The notes beneath the pieces were generated by a model, which was not told where the DNA came from, ran no database searches, and saw nothing but the letters and a program-made list of their open reading frames with translations. A DNA stretch of 8,511 nt, taken from IMG/VR virus record IMGVR_UViG_2547132273_000021; one strand, given 5' to 3'. The number at the start of each line of letters is the position of its first letter. Positions within the stretch are counted from its first letter, which is position 1. Below are positions 6,371 through 8,511 of the stretch, piece by piece. This stretch comes from a virus (Duplodnaviria; Heunggongvirae; Uroviricota; Caudoviricetes). The translations under genes were made by a program, and so were the position numbers.

Positions 6371-7117
6371 ATGTCACAGTGCTTAGCGATGCTTCAGAAA
6401 CTTAATCAGCGTGTTAAGGCTGGGAAGAATTTCTGCGGGAGTTTTGATAACCGGAACAATCCGCCTGTCTTCATAGAGCTCACTAGCTTTCAGTGCGTTA
6501 AAAAAGTTATCTACGGCTTGTTGGTAACTTCGTGCTTGTCTGCTGCTCAGGTGAGGGCGCAGTCTTCTGAAATCGTCTCTGGATATATGTGGCATATCCC
6601 GTTTTCCGTCTCGGCAACCCTCGCGGAAGGCGTCAAGGATCAGGAACAATTCATCAGCGACGGCATTGAACTCTTTCCGCTTATCTCGATTTTTGGCAAG
6701 CCAGTGTCCGAGCCAGGCGCCAAGTCCAAAAGCACTAACCGTCCAGATGAAGGTAACAAGGCGCGGGTTGGTATTGAACAGAAGAACAAACTCACTCCAG
6801 ATGATTCCCATAATTTCTGGCGACTCCTTTTTGTTCAGGTAGCGGCATTTCTTGTTGCATTTCCTGTTGGTGCTTATTTCAGCATGCGGGCAAATCTTCG
6901 CAATGACTGGCGTAAGCATATCCAGAAAGGAAGACGCCTGAAAGTACCCGTACTGGCTATGTTCTCCATCACAGGCATCAGCGATCGCATTAAACCTCGA
7001 TCTTGGCAGATATGGGAACGGAAGCATTGGTTTCAGGATATGCGGATATGCCATGGGATCGAGGCTGCTTATAGGGATGCATGGCTCTGGAAAAAGCGCG
7101 TAACTGAGAAGTGCTGA
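6371..7117 (+). CDS. Hypothetical protein, 248 aa, basic and Trp-rich with one hydrophobic segment; uncertain
   Basis: ATG at 6371 with GGAGG Shine-Dalgarno and 6-nt spacer, 1 nt after the cro stop; ends 37 nt before the Rha start, so it fits the operon. The antisense frame in the same codon register is also open (see next feature), so strand assignment is not settled. Confidence 0.4.
   Translation: MSQCLAMLQKLNQRVKAGKNFCGSFDNRNNPPVFIELTSFQCVKKVIYGLLVTSCLSAAQVRAQSSEIVSGYMWHIPFSVSATLAEGVKDQEQFISDGIELFPLISIFGKPVSEPGAKSKSTNRPDEGNKARVGIEQKNKLTPDDSHNFWRLLFVQVAAFLVAFPVGAYFSMRANLRNDWRKHIQKGRRLKVPVLAMFSITGISDRIKPRSWQIWERKHWFQDMRICHGIEAAYRDAWLWKKRVTEKC
6383..6811 (-). CDS. Alternative antisense ORF: single-pass membrane protein, 142 aa, with a charged cytoplasmic domain
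   Basis: ATG at 6809-6811 with AAGGAG about 12 nt upstream. Protein-like sequence: a TM helix (IIWSEFVLLFNTNPRLVTFIWTVSAFGLGAWLGHWLA) followed by a charged domain. Fully embedded antisense in 6371-7117; may be a shadow ORF. Confidence 0.3.
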   Translation of the reverse strand: MGIIWSEFVLLFNTNPRLVTFIWTVSAFGLGAWLGHWLAKNRDKRKEFNAVADELFLILDAFREGCRDGKRDMPHISRDDFRRLRPHLSSRQARSYQQAVDNFFNALKASELYEDRRIVPVIKTPAEILPSLNTLIKFLKHR

Positions 7118-7154
7118 ACCGTGATCCCAATAATTTATCCGTAAGGAGGTATCA

Positions 7155-7862
7155 GTGAACACCGCAATTTTTAACGATAAAGCATCCATGACCAGCGTTG
7201 AGATCGCAGAGCTGGTGGGTAGTCAGCACTCAGATGTTAAACGTAGTATCGAACGCCTGGTTGCTAAAAACGTCATCCGGAAACCGCCAATGGCTGTTTC
7301 CGAGAAAATCAATAACTTAGGTTTTAAAGTTCAATATGAGCATTACCTGTTTGAAGGAGAACAAGGTAAGCGCGACAGCATCATTGTCGTCGCACAGCTC
7401 TGCCCTGAATTCACTGCTCGCCTGGTAGATCGCTGGCGCGAACTGGAAGAACAGATCCGTAAGCCAATGAGCGAAATCGAAATGGTTGCTGCGATGGCTC
7501 TTGAAGCCGTTCGTCAGCAAAAACGCCTCGACCAGATGGAAGAGAAAGTCACCCACGTTACTGAAACCGTCGAGCAAATCAAAAGAGGCACCATACGCGA
7601 TGGTTATGCAGGCTATCGTCAGCTGGTGGCGAAAACGGGTATGTCAGATGCGAAATGCCGCAATCCGGTGAACGCATATCAGATCCCTACCGACACCCAT
7701 GAATTTATGACGCCGGATGGATTGTTGTCTCGTCGCGCGATTGTTGCAGTAGAACCCTTCATGTCTGCTTTTCATCGCATGATGAGTGAAGCAGAACCAC
7801 GAGGTACTCGCTGGTATCACCCGAAAATGGGGTTGTTCCAGGCGCTGGGCTGGCAGGTGTAA
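7155..7862 (+). CDS. rha: Phage regulatory protein Rha family (antirepressor-like), 235 aa
   Basis: GTG start at 7155 with a strong TAAGGAGG Shine-Dalgarno at 7142-7149. N-terminal motif MTSVEIAELVGSQHSDVKRSIERL followed by a YxxYLFEGEQGK...IIVVAQL region typical of the Rha domain. Stop TAA at 7860-7862. Confidence 0.85.
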   Translation: MNTAIFNDKASMTSVEIAELVGSQHSDVKRSIERLVAKNVIRKPPMAVSEKINNLGFKVQYEHYLFEGEQGKRDSIIVVAQLCPEFTARLVDRWRELEEQIRKPMSEIEMVAAMALEAVRQQKRLDQMEEKVTHVTETVEQIKRGTIRDGYAGYRQLVAKTGMSDAKCRNPVNAYQIPTDTHEFMTPDGLLSRRAIVAVEPFMSAFHRMMSEAEPRGTRWYHPKMGLFQALGWQV

Positions 7863-7881
7863 TTATGCTCACAGGTAACAC

Positions 7882-8055
7882 ATGCAAGTACTCAATCGCT
7901 GGTTCCGTGATGGAAGGGGGCGTCGCGTCCACGTTATACGCTGGGAGCCTGAAACACAGCGGGTTATTTACCTGCGTGATGGTTATCCGCATGAATGCTT
8001 CAGCCCGCTGTGGTTGTTTCGTCGTGATTTTGTTGAGTGTGAAGCACCAGCATAA
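7882..8055 (+). CDS. Small hypothetical protein, 57 aa (MQVLNRWFRDGRGRRVHVIRWEPETQRVIYLRDGYPHECFSPLWLFRRDFVECEAPA); not in the supplied ORF track
   Basis: Translated by hand: ATG at 7882, TAA at 8053-8055. Fills the otherwise gene-free gap between Rha and the ProQ-like gene on the same strand. Weak Shine-Dalgarno. Basic, Trp/Arg-rich. Confidence 0.35.
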   Translation: MQVLNRWFRDGRGRRVHVIRWEPETQRVIYLRDGYPHECFSPLWLFRRDFVECEAPA

Positions 8056-8057
8056 GC

Positions 8058-8086
8058 TTGAACTGCTTGAAAAACCTGGATATATC
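8058..8086 (+). promoter_or_regulatory. Candidate sigma70 promoter upstream of the ProQ/FinO-like gene
   Basis: -35 TTGAAC (8058-8063), 17-bp spacer, -10 TATATC (8081-8086); positioned about 30 nt upstream of the ATG at 8119. Confidence 0.3.
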
Positions 8087-8118
8087 ATTCTGATATCTAG
8101 AGTAATGGAGAATGGTAT

Positions 8119-8511
8119 ATGGGAAGAAAAGCAAGGCATCTTGCAAATAAAGAAATCATTAAAGTATTGGCTGAACGCTATCCAGAAAGCTTCTTTGTTA
8201 TTCCATACAAAGTGGTTCCGCTTGTTCACGATATCGTTCATGAGCTCTTTGCCGATCTCGGACATATACCTAAGGAATACAAAAACAGCCTTCGAAGAGC
8301 CATCTATCAGTACAAAAGCTCAGATTCATACCTTCAGTCAGTCGCGTTTGGAGAATATCGCCGCAATCTGGCGGGAAATCGTATTGTCAGAACATCCGTA
8401 TCTGAACGCGAAGAAGCCAGAGCACAACTCAAAGAACGTGGTATCTGGACTCGTCGTATGGAGCTCTTGTTCAAAGTTAATATGGGTAGAAAAGAAGCGT
8501 CTAATCGCTGA
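8119..8511 (+). CDS. ProQ/FinO-domain RNA-binding protein (RNA chaperone-like), 130 aa
   Basis: Alignable by eye to the E. coli ProQ N-terminal FinO-like domain: KEIIKVLAERYPESF / KEVIAFLAERFPHCF, conserved PL..I..L, K..LR.A...Y.SS..YL, G..R..L.GN and E.ARAQLKE. ATG at 8119 with GGAG Shine-Dalgarno 8 nt upstream. TGA stop at 8509-8511. Confidence 0.75.
   Translation: MGRKARHLANKEIIKVLAERYPESFFVIPYKVVPLVHDIVHELFADLGHIPKEYKNSLRRAIYQYKSSDSYLQSVAFGEYRRNLAGNRIVRTSVSEREEARAQLKERGIWTRRMELLFKVNMGRKEASNR

Larger units (their letters stand above)
1..8511. mobile_element. Prophage / integrative element, integrase-proximal arm plus immunity region (lambdoid-type organisation: int-xis-cargo-cI | cro-rha)
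   Basis: Gene order and content: tyrosine integrase and excisionase at the left edge, a CI-like S24 repressor divergent from a cro-like gene, a Rha-family regulator downstream. Local GC swings between about 27% and 53% suggest mosaic cargo. Element ends and att sites lie outside the window. Confidence 0.8.

Noticed and set aside
6812-7189. N-terminal 126 codons of the minus-strand ORF 6383-7189 (MDALS... start)
   Set aside because: Pro/Cys/His/Tyr-rich junk-like sequence, no Shine-Dalgarno at 7189, and it overlaps the Rha start and its strong ribosome-binding site.
7317-7671. ORFs 7317-7577 (-) and 7486-7671 (+) inside rha
   Set aside because: Embedded in the well-supported Rha gene in alternative or antisense frames.
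7759-8265. 168-aa minus-strand ORF spanning the rha 3' end, the 57-aa ORF and the ProQ-like gene start
   Set aside because: Antisense to three co-directional genes; Ser/Phe/Cys/Pro-rich non-protein-like translation.
1-8511. CRISPR array, tRNA or rRNA genes, insertion-sequence terminal inverted repeats
   Set aside because: No regularly spaced direct repeats, no cloverleaf-like segments and no transposase-like ORF were seen. The attachment site and any tRNA target would lie left of position 1, outside the window.

Overview
This window reads as the integrase-proximal arm and immunity region of a lambdoid-type prophage or integrative element, with enterobacterial-like codon usage. All calls are from reading the sequence and the ORF track by eye; no database search was run. 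On the minus strand: a complete tyrosine integrase (1-1314), a lambda-type excisionase, and a leftward accessory (cargo) region in place of the usual exo/bet/gam and N-type genes. That cargo holds two small hypotheticals (one strongly acidic), an SPFH/Band-7 lipoprotein translationally coupled to a tiny 2-TM protein, an AT-rich coupled 62 aa + 193 aa gene pair, and an XRE-HTH protein followed by an ORF in the -1 frame. Then comes a CI-like HTH + S24-peptidase repressor (5374-6030) divergent from a cro-like gene (6142-6369), with GATAC-type operator-like repeats on both sides of the repressor. Rightward: an uncertain 248-aa ORF whose antisense frame is also fully open, a Rha-family regulator, an unannotated 57-aa ORF and a ProQ/FinO-domain protein. 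No rRNA, tRNA, CRISPR array or att site is visible; the integrase stop codon sits at the window edge. The best candidates for an undescribed system are the SPFH + mini-membrane-protein operon and the adjacent coupled 62/193-aa pair.
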